In this document: in pieces, positions 27,474 to 36,248 of the stretch
How positions within the stretch are numbered: the stretch's first letter is position 1
How the letters are laid out: each line of letters starts with the position of its first letter
Origin: Patescibacteria group bacterium
GTDB lineage: Bacteria; Patescibacteriota; UBA1384; GWA2-35-9; JBASTP01
Assembly: GCA_049274945.1 (NCBI GenBank)
Contig: JBASTP010000012.1
Span: 1-41,608 of the forward strand
Reading direction: 5' to 3'
Length of the DNA: 41,608 nucleotides
Position numbers and translations under genes: made by a program
The notes under the pieces: generated by a model
The model's database searches: none
The model's input: only the letters and a program-made list of their open reading frames with translations
What the model was told of the DNA's origin: nothing

Positions 27474-27545
27474 TACCCCAGGAAGGAATCGAACCTTCAT
27501 CTCCACGTTAGGAGTGTGGAGCTCTGTCCATTGAGCTACTGGGGC
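27474..27545 (-). tRNA. tRNA-Arg (anticodon CCT), tentative
   Basis: Reverse complement gccccag-ta-gctcaatggacagagc-..ctCCTaa..-gaagg-ttcgatt-ccttc-ctggggt-a. Anticodon stem has an A31·C39 mismatch. 3 nt from tRNA-Pro. Confidence 0.5.
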
Positions 27546-27586
27546 ACTGCCCCCATTTTAAGCCAGTTTTCTGGTAAAATAAACGT

Positions 27587-28285
27587 ATGCTCAAAGCAAT
27601 ATTCCTAGTTGTGGGATTGATGGTTGGGATTCTCGTGATGCTGCAAGCCCGGGTACGTCCAACCCGCTCGGTTAATCCGATCGAGCCATATGCTGCATTA
27701 GTTGATTTGCGAACGCAACTTGAGTCTAAGCAACTAGATCTAAAAACAAGGCTCGAAGCGGCAACTGAAAAGCGTAACCAGATAGAGCAGCAACTCAAAC
27801 AGAGCAAAAGCGATGTCAAGTTACTGGAGCAGATTGAAAAACTAGAAACTACTGCCGGACAGCGGCCGGTAAGTGGTCAGGGAGTTATTATAACGCTCGA
27901 CGATTCCCATAAGGGCCAACCAACAATCGAAAACATTGTTCATGCCTCAGACCTCAGAGATGTGGTAAATGTTGGGTATCTATCTGGTGCCTCGGCAATT
28001 TCAGTGAACGGCCAGCGGCTTACGGCTAATAGTTCTATCGACAGTTCGGTTAATACCATTATGGTTAATAATCAACGAGTATTAAACCCGTTTACCGTAA
28101 AAATGCTTGGCGATTCCGGCACTATTTCCCGTGAGTTAACGAGCCACAGCAACCTATCGGAACTAAATAACCGATCCAAAACAGCCGGGTTGCTTTTTCA
28201 TGTAGAACAGTTAAACCGGGTTGAGCTCGAGGTATATCACGGTTCGCTCAAAACCGAATTTGCAAGGATTACCGATGATCACTAA
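27587..28285 (+). CDS. DUF881-domain protein (division/sporulation-associated family)
   Basis: 232 aa with N-terminal TM, coiled-coil, and GQGVIITLDD motif. Confidence 0.6.
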   Translation: MLKAIFLVVGLMVGILVMLQARVRPTRSVNPIEPYAALVDLRTQLESKQLDLKTRLEAATEKRNQIEQQLKQSKSDVKLLEQIEKLETTAGQRPVSGQGVIITLDDSHKGQPTIENIVHASDLRDVVNVGYLSGASAISVNGQRLTANSSIDSSVNTIMVNNQRVLNPFTVKMLGDSGTISRELTSHSNLSELNNRSKTAGLLFHVEQLNRVELEVYHGSLKTEFARITDDH

Positions 28286-28862
28286 ACCAGCCATTATTAT
28301 TGTTATCGCCGTTTTAGCGGTTCTTGTGACACTCCAGCTGCGTTCATCGGTTGGTGTTAGGCAGGCTCTTTCATCAGCCAATCAACAAAATCTGGCGGCC
28401 GAGGTTGCTCAAATTTTTGCTGATTCGAAAAAACTTGAACATCAGCTTACCAAGACTGAGGATGAGCTCACTAAGCTTGAATCAACGGCCACTTCATCTA
28501 AAGATCGCCGCGGGGCACTCGAGGCAAAGCTTAATGATCTCAAGGTTGTTACCGGTGCGGTAGCGGTAGTTGGCGAAGGAGTTGAAATAAGGTTTGATAA
28601 AGGGCTCACCGTAAGCCAGCTCACGGATCTCGTGAACACCTTGCGAAGTATCGGCGCGGAGGCAATAGCCATCAATAAAGAGCGTTTCCTTTGGAAAGAG
28701 GGTATTGATAACGGTCTTGCCGGTAAACCACTCAACCTCCAGATCATTGGCAAAAAATCGTTACTCACGGAATCGTTGCGTCGCCGTGGCGGAATCTTGG
28801 AACAAATTGGCCAACCCCAATCGCTGGAAAAAAAAGATAGCTTGAAAATTCCGAGTAATTGA
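28275..28862 (+). CDS. DUF881-domain protein, second paralog
   Basis: Frame of ORF 28221..28862. AAGGA RBS 6 nt before ATG 28275 (MITKPAIIIVIAVLAV...). GEGVEIRFD motif. Confidence 0.55.
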   Translation: MITKPAIIIVIAVLAVLVTLQLRSSVGVRQALSSANQQNLAAEVAQIFADSKKLEHQLTKTEDELTKLESTATSSKDRRGALEAKLNDLKVVTGAVAVVGEGVEIRFDKGLTVSQLTDLVNTLRSIGAEAIAINKERFLWKEGIDNGLAGKPLNLQIIGKKSLLTESLRRRGGILEQIGQPQSLEKKDSLKIPSN

Positions 28863-28879
28863 AGTAATCTTACCCTAGG

Positions 28880-29878
28880 GTGAAACAGACATTCGATATT
28901 TCGTGGGAAACCATCGCTAAGATTTTAACTGCGGTCTTAGGGATTTGGCTACTCTGGTTAATCAGAGATGTTCTTGCGCTATTTTTTATTATCGCGGTCG
29001 CGGTGGCGGCGCTCGCTCCAGTAGTAGATCGTTGGTCCGAAAGGATCCCGCGACTCCTCGCCGTAGTGCTTGTTTACCTTATAATTATTGCCATTCTTTC
29101 GATAGCAGGGCTCCTGATTGTGCCACCGCTCGTTCATGAAGTTAGTCAATTGAGCTTGAGTTTTCCGGACTATTTTGGAAAACTCGGTAGCGCATTCGGC
29201 GGGCTTGGCAGCGCGCTTGGATTCTCAGTCGAGCAACTCCAAACCGTAGCATCCGGCCTCGCTAATATCACCAGCAGAGTTTATTCAGGAGCGGTGGGCG
29301 TGATCGGCAGTATCATTGGTTTTTTTACCATCGCGGTAGTTACGTTTTATCTGCTCCTTGAAAAACGAGGTTTGCGCAATCTCATTGCCAGTTATCTGCC
29401 GGTAAAGCTCCGGGCCAAGTTCACGGCGCTGCTGCACGAAATCGGCCTCAAGATGGGCGGCTGGCTGCGCGGCCAGCTACTTTTAGCTTTAGTCGTGGGT
29501 ATTATTCAATTCATTGGCTTTGTGATAATTGGTGTGCCGTTCGCGCTCACTCTTGGCGTGTGGGCGGCGTTTACGGAAATTATTCCCTACATCGGACCGG
29601 TGCTCGGCGTAATTCCGGCGCTATTGGTTGCCTTTGCCGACGCGCCAATCAAAGCGCTGTTTGTCTTGATTTTGTTCGTGGTAGTTCAGCAGCTTGAAGC
29701 TAACTTCTTGGTGCCAAAAATTATGAGCAAGGCGGTAGGGCTTTCTCCAGTAGTGATTATTTTCGCAATTTTAGTGGGCGCCCGGTTGGGCGGTATCATT
29801 GGTGTTATCGTAGCGGTGCCCGCGGCCGCCGCCATCTCGGTACTCGTTAAGGAATACGAAAGACACCTCAAGGGCTAA
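28880..29878 (+). CDS. AI-2E family transporter (PerM/UPF0118)
   Basis: 332-aa polytopic membrane protein with conserved C-terminal GIIGVIVAVP. Confidence 0.65.
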   Translation: MKQTFDISWETIAKILTAVLGIWLLWLIRDVLALFFIIAVAVAALAPVVDRWSERIPRLLAVVLVYLIIIAILSIAGLLIVPPLVHEVSQLSLSFPDYFGKLGSAFGGLGSALGFSVEQLQTVASGLANITSRVYSGAVGVIGSIIGFFTIAVVTFYLLLEKRGLRNLIASYLPVKLRAKFTALLHEIGLKMGGWLRGQLLLALVVGIIQFIGFVIIGVPFALTLGVWAAFTEIIPYIGPVLGVIPALLVAFADAPIKALFVLILFVVVQQLEANFLVPKIMSKAVGLSPVVIIFAILVGARLGGIIGVIVAVPAAAAISVLVKEYERHLKG

Positions 29879-29922
29879 AAGTTAAGATACTTGGCGAAGC
29901 GGAGTTATGGCTAATCTAACTA

Positions 29923-29951
29923 TTGACATAATGTAAAGTTTGCTTTACAAT
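29923..29951 (+). promoter_or_regulatory. sigma70 promoter TTGACA-17-TACAAT with embedded palindrome TGTAAAG-n4-CTTTACA, directing a leaderless mRNA
   Basis: ctaTTGACAtaatgtaaagtttgctTTACAATacttgtgATG. The -10 ends 7 nt before the ATG at 29959. Confidence 0.55.
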
Positions 29952-29955
29952 ACTT

Positions 29956-30600
29956 GTGATGGAGATCGAAATTAAACCACAACTCAAAGAACTCCGGCAA
30001 ACGCGGCAAATCTCGCAAGAGGAGCTTGCCGAGCATTTGGGCGTTTCTCGACAAACCATTTTTGCCCTCGAACAGGGGCTAAGTGATCCCTCACTAACTT
30101 TAGCGTGTAAAATAGCCGAGTTTTTCGATCGGCAAGTTGAAGAAGTATTTTTTGGCGAGGCGCATGTGCAACTTGTTCCGTTTCGCGGTATTCGCGATCT
30201 CCACGAGGAGATCGATCGGTTCTTTGATGAAACGGTCCAAACGCTCCCTGCCGCTGCCAATCAAGTGAGTGCCCCGGCGGTCAATCTTCACCAAGACAAT
30301 AAGAACGTCTACGTTGAGTTTGCGGTACCTGGTTTTTCTACTGATGAGATTGATACTGAGATCACGGAGAAATATTTGACCGTCCGCGGCACCAAGCACG
30401 AGGAAAGTGAGGAAAAGGGTAAAATATGGCTGCGCCGAGAATTCGGTGCCACCAGTTTTGAGCGGTCAATCAGCCTGCCGCAAGGAGTCAAGGTGGATAA
30501 GGCGCAAGCGAACCTCAAGGACGGCAAACTCTCAATTATCCTGCCAAAGGCGGAGCCTACGAAGCCGAAAACCACAAAACTCAAGATCAAAGCGAGCTAA
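29956..30600 (+). CDS. XRE-family HTH (N-terminal) fused to Hsp20/alpha-crystallin domain (C-terminal)
   Basis: 214 aa. HTH LKELRQTRQISQEELAEHLGVSRQTIFALEQG. ACD AVNLHQDNKNVYVEFAVPGFSTDEIDTEI..LTVRG...FERSISLPQGVKVDKAQANLKDGKLSIILPK. Confidence 0.7.
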   Translation: MMEIEIKPQLKELRQTRQISQEELAEHLGVSRQTIFALEQGLSDPSLTLACKIAEFFDRQVEEVFFGEAHVQLVPFRGIRDLHEEIDRFFDETVQTLPAAANQVSAPAVNLHQDNKNVYVEFAVPGFSTDEIDTEITEKYLTVRGTKHEESEEKGKIWLRREFGATSFERSISLPQGVKVDKAQANLKDGKLSIILPKAEPTKPKTTKLKIKAS

Positions 30601-30602
30601 CC

Positions 30603-30632
30603 AAATATAGTAGCCAGTAGTCAGTAGCTAGT
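30603..30632. repeat. tandem heptamer repeat (TAGYYAG)x4
   Basis: agtagccagtagtcagtagctagtagtcag. Confidence 0.5.
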
Positions 30633-30667
30633 AGTCAGGGGTCTCTTTTGATATACTTTAGCAGGTT

Positions 30668-30745
30668 CAGGGCGCGCGTAGGGCCGACGCAAGGTCGGCC
30701 TCCCGACTCCCGACGAGAGGTCGGGACGTCGGGACTCAGGGGTAG
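30668..30745. repeat. CCCGAC/GTCGGG double-hairpin repeat (family member c)
   Basis: gcgcgcgtagGGCCGACgcaagGTCGGCCtCCCGACtCCCGACgagagGTCGGGAcGTCGGGActcag. Confidence 0.6.
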
Positions 30746-30786
30746 CCCTGCGCCTAGCAGATTAAGGCGTCGGAAAACATCGATCA

Positions 30787-31053
30787 ATGAAACCAAGTGT
30801 TTATATTTTGTATTCTAGAGCATCAAATAAATACTATATTGGAAGTACGGCAAATATCGAGAACAGGTTGAAACATCATTTGGGAGGTTATACTCCCTCC
30901 ACTCAAAAAATGGCTGGGGTAGCACTAAAATTCAATCAGGAATACGATAGCTTAAAACAAGCAAGAGATATTGAAAAGCGATTGAAAAAATTAAAAAGGC
31001 GAGATTACATTGAAAAAATAATTCGAGACGGTGCGATACATATGCATGTGTAG
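30787..31053 (+). CDS. GIY-YIG nuclease-domain protein (small, stand-alone)
   Basis: 88 aa. VYILYSRASNKYYIGSTANIENRLKHH matches the GIY-YIG core. The 3' end overlaps the tRNA-Val 5' end. Confidence 0.65.
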   Translation: MKPSVYILYSRASNKYYIGSTANIENRLKHHLGGYTPSTQKMAGVALKFNQEYDSLKQARDIEKRLKKLKRRDYIEKIIRDGAIHMHV

Positions 31054-31115
31054 CTCAGGGGTAGAGCGTCTCTTTGACGTAGAGAAGGCCAGTGGTTCGA
31101 TTCCACTCACATGCA
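31044..31115 (+). tRNA. tRNA-Val (anticodon GAC)
   Basis: Acceptor gcatgtg/cacatgc. D arm gctcaggggtagagc. Anticodon stem tctct/agaga with loop ttgacgt. T arm agtgg-ttcgatt-ccact. Confidence 0.75.
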
Positions 31116-31174
31116 CATTCGTGGTAGCCCCGACGTCCGACGAGTCGGGGTGCCGACTGAAACGTCGGCAAGCA
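31116..31174. repeat. CCCGAC/GTCGGG hairpin repeat (family member d), inserted between tRNA-Val and its duplicated 3' fragment
   Basis: gtagCCCCGACgtccgacgagtcgGGGTGCCGACtgaaacGTCGGCAagca. Confidence 0.5.
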
Positions 31175-31222
31175 GTCTCTTTGACGTAGAGAGGGTCAGA
31201 GGTTCGATTCCTCTCGCGCGCA
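31175..31222 (+). other. tRNA-Val 3' fragment (anticodon arm, T arm and acceptor 3' strand, no 5' half), att-like duplication
   Basis: gtctctttgacgtagagagggtcagaggttcgattcctctcgcgcgca parallels 31068-31115 with compensatory T-stem changes. No matching 5' acceptor strand (gcgcgcg) or D arm upstream. Confidence 0.55.
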
Positions 31223-31239
31223 CAAAATCGCCACTAATT

Positions 31240-33282
31240 TTAGATCTTTTGATTGCGCAGTAGTAGCGCGTTGAACGCCACAATCACAGTACTAGCGGAC
31301 ATCAACGCGGCGGCCAATGCCGGCCCAAGTATGATGCCCTTGAATGCCAGCACTCCCGCCGCAAGTGGTATGGCAACCACATTGTACCCAGTGGCCCAAA
31401 ATAGATTTTGCATCATTTTGCGGTAGGTGAGCCGCGACAAGTTAAATATTTTTGGAATATCCCGCGGGTCGTTTTTCACAAGAATAATTCCTGCTGATTC
31501 AATTGCCACATTGGTGCCTGCCCCAATTGCGATACCAAGATCAGCTTGCGTGAGCGCCGGGGCATCATTCACGCCATCACCAACCATGGCAACTTTGTTT
31601 CCGCGCGCTTGCAGATCTCGGACTTTTTTCACCTTTTGGTCCGGGAGCACTCGAGCAAAATACTCATCGAGGCCAAGTTCTTGGGCCACTTGCTTCGCCG
31701 CTTTTTCGCTGTCGCCGGTAATCATTGCCACCCTGATTCCGGCTTGCTTAAGGCGATTGATCGCTGTTTTCGACTCCGGACGCACCGCATCGGCAACTGA
31801 TAGCTTCCCAATTATTACTCCCTCCCGTTCAACGACAATATCGTCTCCACCTTTGGTACCAACAAAGATATGCGTGCTGCCAACAGTACCTTCGGCACCC
31901 CTGCCTGGCACCCGTTTGAAATCAGAGGCTTCTTGTAAGGGCAATGATCGTTTTGTTGCTTCGTCTACGATCGCTTTGGCAATAGGATGTTCGGAATGAG
32001 CGTTGACTGACGCCGCTAAGGCCAGTGCTTCGTCTGAACTCGATTGTGTTACGGTAAATTTCGCCTCAGTAAGTGTGCCGGTTTTGTCAAACAAAACCGT
32101 GTCAATATTACGGGCGGCTTCCAGGGCAACGCGCTGGCGCACCAAAAGTCCGTTACGCGCGGCCATCGTGGTTGAGATCGATGCCACTAACGGCACCGCG
32201 AGTCCCAGCGCGTGAGGGCAGGTAATTACGAGCACCGCCACCAAGCGTTCGGTGGCAACTGCAATGCCGGCGTTGGCCAAAAGCCATGCAATAAAGGTAA
32301 CGGGGCCGATAACAAGTGCGATGATGGTGAGGTAAAATGCCGCGCGATCCGAAATCATTTGGAGCCGAGACTTCGAGGCTTGAGCATCGGCAACCAACCG
32401 CATTACCCCGGCGAGGAAGGTTTCCTCGCCGATTTTTTCAATGGTCACTTTTAAGCTCCCGTCGCCGTTGATCGAGCCGGCAATCACCGTTGCGCCAATA
32501 GTTTTTTCAACTGGTCGTGATTCACCGGTAATAATCGACTCATTGAGATCAGACCGGCCCTCGATAATTTTTCCATCGGCCGGTACTTTTGCTCCGGGCT
32601 TGACCAATACGACATCGCCGATTTTGAGCTGGCTCAAGGGAATAATTTCTGTTGTGTTGCCCCGAATAACCTCTGCCGTATCGGGCAAAAGTTTTGCTAG
32701 TTCCTTGAGCGCACCTTGGGCGCTTTGGACTGATCGCATCTCGATCCAATGGCCTAGGAGCATCACGGTAATTAGCGAGGAAAGCTCAAAGAGCAAATCG
32801 TGGCCGGTTCCGGATAGGATCGAAAAGAAGCTGTAGAGATAGGCTGCCGTAATGGCAATGGCAATAAGCGTCATCATGCCCGGCAGCCGTGCTTTTAACT
32901 CGCGGTACGCGCTCGTGAGAAAAATCAACCCGCAATAAAAAAAGACTATGCTTCCCAGGCCAAGCAGCAGATATTGCACTCCGGTAAACCGCGGCGCCTG
33001 CAGTTTGAAAATTGTCACGGCTATTTCCGAATAGAAAAAGATCGGGATAGTGAGTGCCAGTGCAACCCAAAACTTTGTCAGAAACGAAGAGGTTTTGTGG
33101 CCGGCATGCTTGTCCGCCGTAGCCTTGGGGGAGGCGGATTTATCGTGTCCCGCGTGCTCAGCAGCCTTTTCTGTTTTTTTCTCTATGGGTACAAGATTCA
33201 TGCCGCACTCCGGGCACATCCCCGGTTTGTCTTGAACGATTTCCGGATGCATGGGGCAGGTATAGCTAGTGTCGTGATTCAT
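31240..33282 (-). CDS. heavy-metal (copper) translocating P1B-type ATPase, CopB-like, with His-rich N-terminus
   Basis: ORF-track frame 31240..33318, whose first codon is TTG. First ATG (33282) gives MNHDTSYTCPMHPEIVQDKPGMCPECGM (metal-binding) then His-rich HAGHDKSA..HAGH. CPH motif in TM6 (ITCPHALGLAVP), DKTGTLT, GDGVNDAPAL. Confidence 0.8.
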   Translation of the reverse strand: MNHDTSYTCPMHPEIVQDKPGMCPECGMNLVPIEKKTEKAAEHAGHDKSASPKATADKHAGHKTSSFLTKFWVALALTIPIFFYSEIAVTIFKLQAPRFTGVQYLLLGLGSIVFFYCGLIFLTSAYRELKARLPGMMTLIAIAITAAYLYSFFSILSGTGHDLLFELSSLITVMLLGHWIEMRSVQSAQGALKELAKLLPDTAEVIRGNTTEIIPLSQLKIGDVVLVKPGAKVPADGKIIEGRSDLNESIITGESRPVEKTIGATVIAGSINGDGSLKVTIEKIGEETFLAGVMRLVADAQASKSRLQMISDRAAFYLTIIALVIGPVTFIAWLLANAGIAVATERLVAVLVITCPHALGLAVPLVASISTTMAARNGLLVRQRVALEAARNIDTVLFDKTGTLTEAKFTVTQSSSDEALALAASVNAHSEHPIAKAIVDEATKRSLPLQEASDFKRVPGRGAEGTVGSTHIFVGTKGGDDIVVEREGVIIGKLSVADAVRPESKTAINRLKQAGIRVAMITGDSEKAAKQVAQELGLDEYFARVLPDQKVKKVRDLQARGNKVAMVGDGVNDAPALTQADLGIAIGAGTNVAIESAGIILVKNDPRDIPKIFNLSRLTYRKMMQNLFWATGYNVVAIPLAAGVLAFKGIILGPALAAALMSASTVIVAFNALLLRNQKI

Positions 33283-33301
33283 TAATGGCAGTGCCAATCG
33301 T

Positions 33302-33898
33302 TTAAAACGAACGGGCAATTGTTACTACGATAAATATTCCGGTGGCGTTGAGCAAAAATGAGAGCAGGATAAATTGCCAGTTCTTGAGTTTAGAGATGCC
33401 GAGTATCCCGACGCCTATTTCATCGGGAAACGGCGAGGCGATAATCGCGGCGCCAATGAGCGGTGTCAGCCATGCGAAGTAGGGCGTTTTAAAAATTGTC
33501 GAGATGTATGACCCTCCGAGGTGCTGCAATAACGGTTTGAGTTCAGTAAAGATTCTATCTTTCAAATATCGAAAAATCAGGTAATCCCCGCCGACGCCTC
33601 CAATTCCGGCCAGGACGGCGATTTCAAACGGGTTAAGGACTTCTGCCAAGTGGTAGAGCACAACTAGCGCAGGAGCAACGGTAAACGTAGAAACCAGGAA
33701 CATTCCTGTAAGCAGCGCTCCAACATACCCTAGTTCACCGACCAATTGAATGACGCTCTTAACCGTGTCGCTGCCGGCGAAGTACCAAAAAATCAGCAAA
33801 CTTACGACAAGTAACGTAGTATTTTTATAGGACCAGTTTTGATAAAACTCGAATGGCCTTTTGAGCTGGCCTGCAATGTAATTATCATCAATGGCCAC
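33302..33898 (-). CDS. hypothetical polytopic membrane protein (upstream of and abutting the P1B-ATPase gene)
   Basis: 198 aa, highly hydrophobic, about five TM segments. Confidence 0.45.
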   Translation of the reverse strand: MAIDDNYIAGQLKRPFEFYQNWSYKNTTLLVVSLLIFWYFAGSDTVKSVIQLVGELGYVGALLTGMFLVSTFTVAPALVVLYHLAEVLNPFEIAVLAGIGGVGGDYLIFRYLKDRIFTELKPLLQHLGGSYISTIFKTPYFAWLTPLIGAAIIASPFPDEIGVGILGISKLKNWQFILLSFLLNATGIFIVVTIARSF

Positions 33899-33937
33899 AA
33901 TTGCACCTTTCCCTCATGCGATTGACTTAAACCCAAG

Positions 33938-34102
33938 TTATTTACGCATCATGTCTGCGGCTACCGTGACCACAATGAGTGCAATACCCAGCCAAAGGAT
34001 GTTGAGGGTAGGAATTAGGTTAACCAATACAATGCCCGCGCCAACGCCTGAGACCACGTGCATGATGACATGCGGAGTAAAACATTCCTTCATATCCTTC
34101 AT
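33938..34102 (-). CDS. small hydrophobic protein (54 aa), unannotated
   Basis: GGGAGAA RBS 7 nt upstream of ATG. MKDMKECFTPHVIMHVVSGVGAGIVLVNLIPTLNILWLGIALIVVTVAADMMRK. First gene of the minus-strand metal-ATPase cluster. Confidence 0.35.
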   Translation of the reverse strand: MKDMKECFTPHVIMHVVSGVGAGIVLVNLIPTLNILWLGIALIVVTVAADMMRK

Positions 34103-34132
34103 GATGATTCTCCCATAATTATTACTTATTTT

Positions 34133-34681
34133 TTACAATTGCGCGTAGCTGAACAGTACCCCGAATGAGCGGCACCAGATCATCGCATTTTTGTATTTGC
34201 TAAGATCAGTGCCGGCCGGTATTACATAATTAACATTTCCCTCGGTTGCCCGAATCGGGCCGAGGTCGACAATATCATCGGCATTCAGCCCGGACGAAAG
34301 ATATATCCGTAAATCAGGACCGTTGATAGTTTTGAGGTTTTCAAAACGCAGAAAAGTTTCTTTACCGGACTTGACTAGTAAAGCGTTGCCTTCGACTCCA
34401 TGCGCTCGGGCAATCATATTGGCCCGGCCGATGATCGTTGATTGACCTGCGGGCATTGCATCACTTTTATTCATTATTTTATCCTTCATCTCGATAGTTT
34501 GCTTTTCAAAATCGGCTTTTGTATTCGCGTCCATGGCCGACAAGTTGTCCCTGATATTAGTATTAGTAACGCCAGGCAATTCCTCATTCAATGCCACATT
34601 CCTCCACAATGGCGATAGGAGCCAGTATGCCAGCGCCAAGATAATGAGCGCGCCGACACCAATCAATATTTTTTTATTCAT
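34133..34681 (-). CDS. DM13-domain protein with N-terminal signal anchor
   Basis: 182 aa. EGNALLVKSGKETFLRFENLKTINGPDLRIYLS is DM13-like. Confidence 0.5.
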   Translation of the reverse strand: MNKKILIGVGALIILALAYWLLSPLWRNVALNEELPGVTNTNIRDNLSAMDANTKADFEKQTIEMKDKIMNKSDAMPAGQSTIIGRANMIARAHGVEGNALLVKSGKETFLRFENLKTINGPDLRIYLSSGLNADDIVDLGPIRATEGNVNYVIPAGTDLSKYKNAMIWCRSFGVLFSYAQL

Positions 34682-34699
34682 AGTCTAAGACTACCCGAT

Positions 34700-35983
34700 T
34701 CAGAATACTTCCGCAATACCATTTGAAAGCGCATAGGTTACTGGGGTAGTTAATACTGATTGTAGGGCTGGACCAATCACAAAATGGCGCTTGTAGCTGA
34801 ATATTGTATCAAACTCGTTTCGCTTTGAAATGAGCCGCTGCGCGCCATAGCTGCCGAGGGCCGCCGCCCATGGCAAACCCGTTGCGGCGCCAATATACCA
34901 AACCCGCGGATTATTTTCATCCGGCCCCATCACCGGAAGCAAATCCTTGCTTATTCCAAGCATACCGGGCCAAAGATATTCCATTTCAATATCAAGCGAC
35001 GGAAACTTTTTGGTTATGTAATTTTGGAGTCGTTTCCCAAATCGAGCGGTATTGCTCGTAATCGTGCGTGCGTAGGTGTAAAAAAGATCGCCGCCGCCAA
35101 TGAGCAACCGCCGGTCGCCGGTTATTCGAAAATAGTTATAAACAAGATCAGTATCCCAAGCCATCATGGCGCCGGACGGGAACATCTGATGAATTTGATG
35201 CTCGGATAACGGTTTGGTAATGCCCAAAAATGTCTGAACGTGATAGATTTCTTTTTTGAGAGCGCCTAGATCTGGAATAAACCGGTCGGCGCAGACAATA
35301 ATATGTTCCGCCCTCACGCGGCCGGCGGGAGTAATAACGCAATCCTCATCAATCCCTAATGCCGGCGTTTGCTCATACACTGTAACGCTCGATTTTCTAA
35401 GCAGGTCGCGCATGCCTTGGCAGTATAGGTAGGAGTTAATGCCAAACGTGTCTGGGTACCTCACCGCGCCCGCATAGCCATTCGACCCTATGATTTGCTT
35501 TACCGCGCTGCCATCATATAACGTGCTGGCATATCCCAGCTTGACGCGCGTCTCGTGTTCACTCTTGATGTGCCGAAAGCCAGAAGCGTTGTTAGCGATG
35601 AATAATGAATCCTGCACTGCGTAATCACAGGTAATATTGTTTCGCCGTATGTTTTCTCGAATCAATGAGACGCCCGAGAGCACAAACTCCCAGATGTGCT
35701 TGGCTTTTTCCGGGCCGTAACTATTCAGTAACGCACTTAGCTCAATTTCGGAATCTGGCGTAATAAATCCAGAGGTCTTGCCGCTTGCCCCCGCGCCGCA
35801 AAAATCTTGTTCAATCAGCACAACCGGAATACCGGCATTATTGAGGGTTTGCGCGCAAGCAAGGCCAGCCATGCCGCCGCCGATTACGGCAACGCTGGTT
35901 TTTATTTCAGCCGAAAGGCGTTCGCCCGGCTCGGGATCTTTTAAGGAATACCAGTAGACGCTGGCAGGTATGGTATGTGACAT
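34700..35983 (-). CDS. FAD-dependent oxidoreductase (DAO-like)
   Basis: 427 aa with N-terminal Rossmann motif VAVIGGGMAGLACA..E. Confidence 0.65.
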   Translation of the reverse strand: MSHTIPASVYWYSLKDPEPGERLSAEIKTSVAVIGGGMAGLACAQTLNNAGIPVVLIEQDFCGAGASGKTSGFITPDSEIELSALLNSYGPEKAKHIWEFVLSGVSLIRENIRRNNITCDYAVQDSLFIANNASGFRHIKSEHETRVKLGYASTLYDGSAVKQIIGSNGYAGAVRYPDTFGINSYLYCQGMRDLLRKSSVTVYEQTPALGIDEDCVITPAGRVRAEHIIVCADRFIPDLGALKKEIYHVQTFLGITKPLSEHQIHQMFPSGAMMAWDTDLVYNYFRITGDRRLLIGGGDLFYTYARTITSNTARFGKRLQNYITKKFPSLDIEMEYLWPGMLGISKDLLPVMGPDENNPRVWYIGAATGLPWAAALGSYGAQRLISKRNEFDTIFSYKRHFVIGPALQSVLTTPVTYALSNGIAEVF

Positions 35984-36167
35984 GTTAATTGGAACCAGCT
36001 TATCGAGGAACTAAGGGTTTGGCAACATCTGAGGGTATCTTCAGTACCAGCTTTACGGGTTTGAATTGAACTACCATTTCATAAAGCCGACCAAGGGTAA
36101 ATTAAGACGCTAGGCCCTCAAAAGAGCGGCGCGATCGTGCTGCGGGATGACAAAAGCAAATCATAAC

Positions 36168-36196
36168 CTTGACAGCAACGCGCTATTGGTCTATAT
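36168..36196 (+). promoter_or_regulatory. sigma70 promoter TTGACA-17-TATATT for the methyltransferase gene
   Basis: aacctTGACAgcaacgcgctattggtcTATATTcag. Lies inside the 5' extension of ORF 36147, so ATG 36249 is more likely the true start. Confidence 0.5.
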
Positions 36197-36248
36197 TCAG
36201 CATGCTTTCTTTTACATTCTAGCTGTGCCAAAAGCGAGGGGTGTTCTG

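Noticed and set aside
31116-31222. A second complete tRNA-Val gene
   Set aside because: The anticodon arm, T arm and 3' acceptor strand are present. No complementary 5' acceptor strand or D arm precedes them. The upstream sequence is a CCCGAC hairpin repeat.
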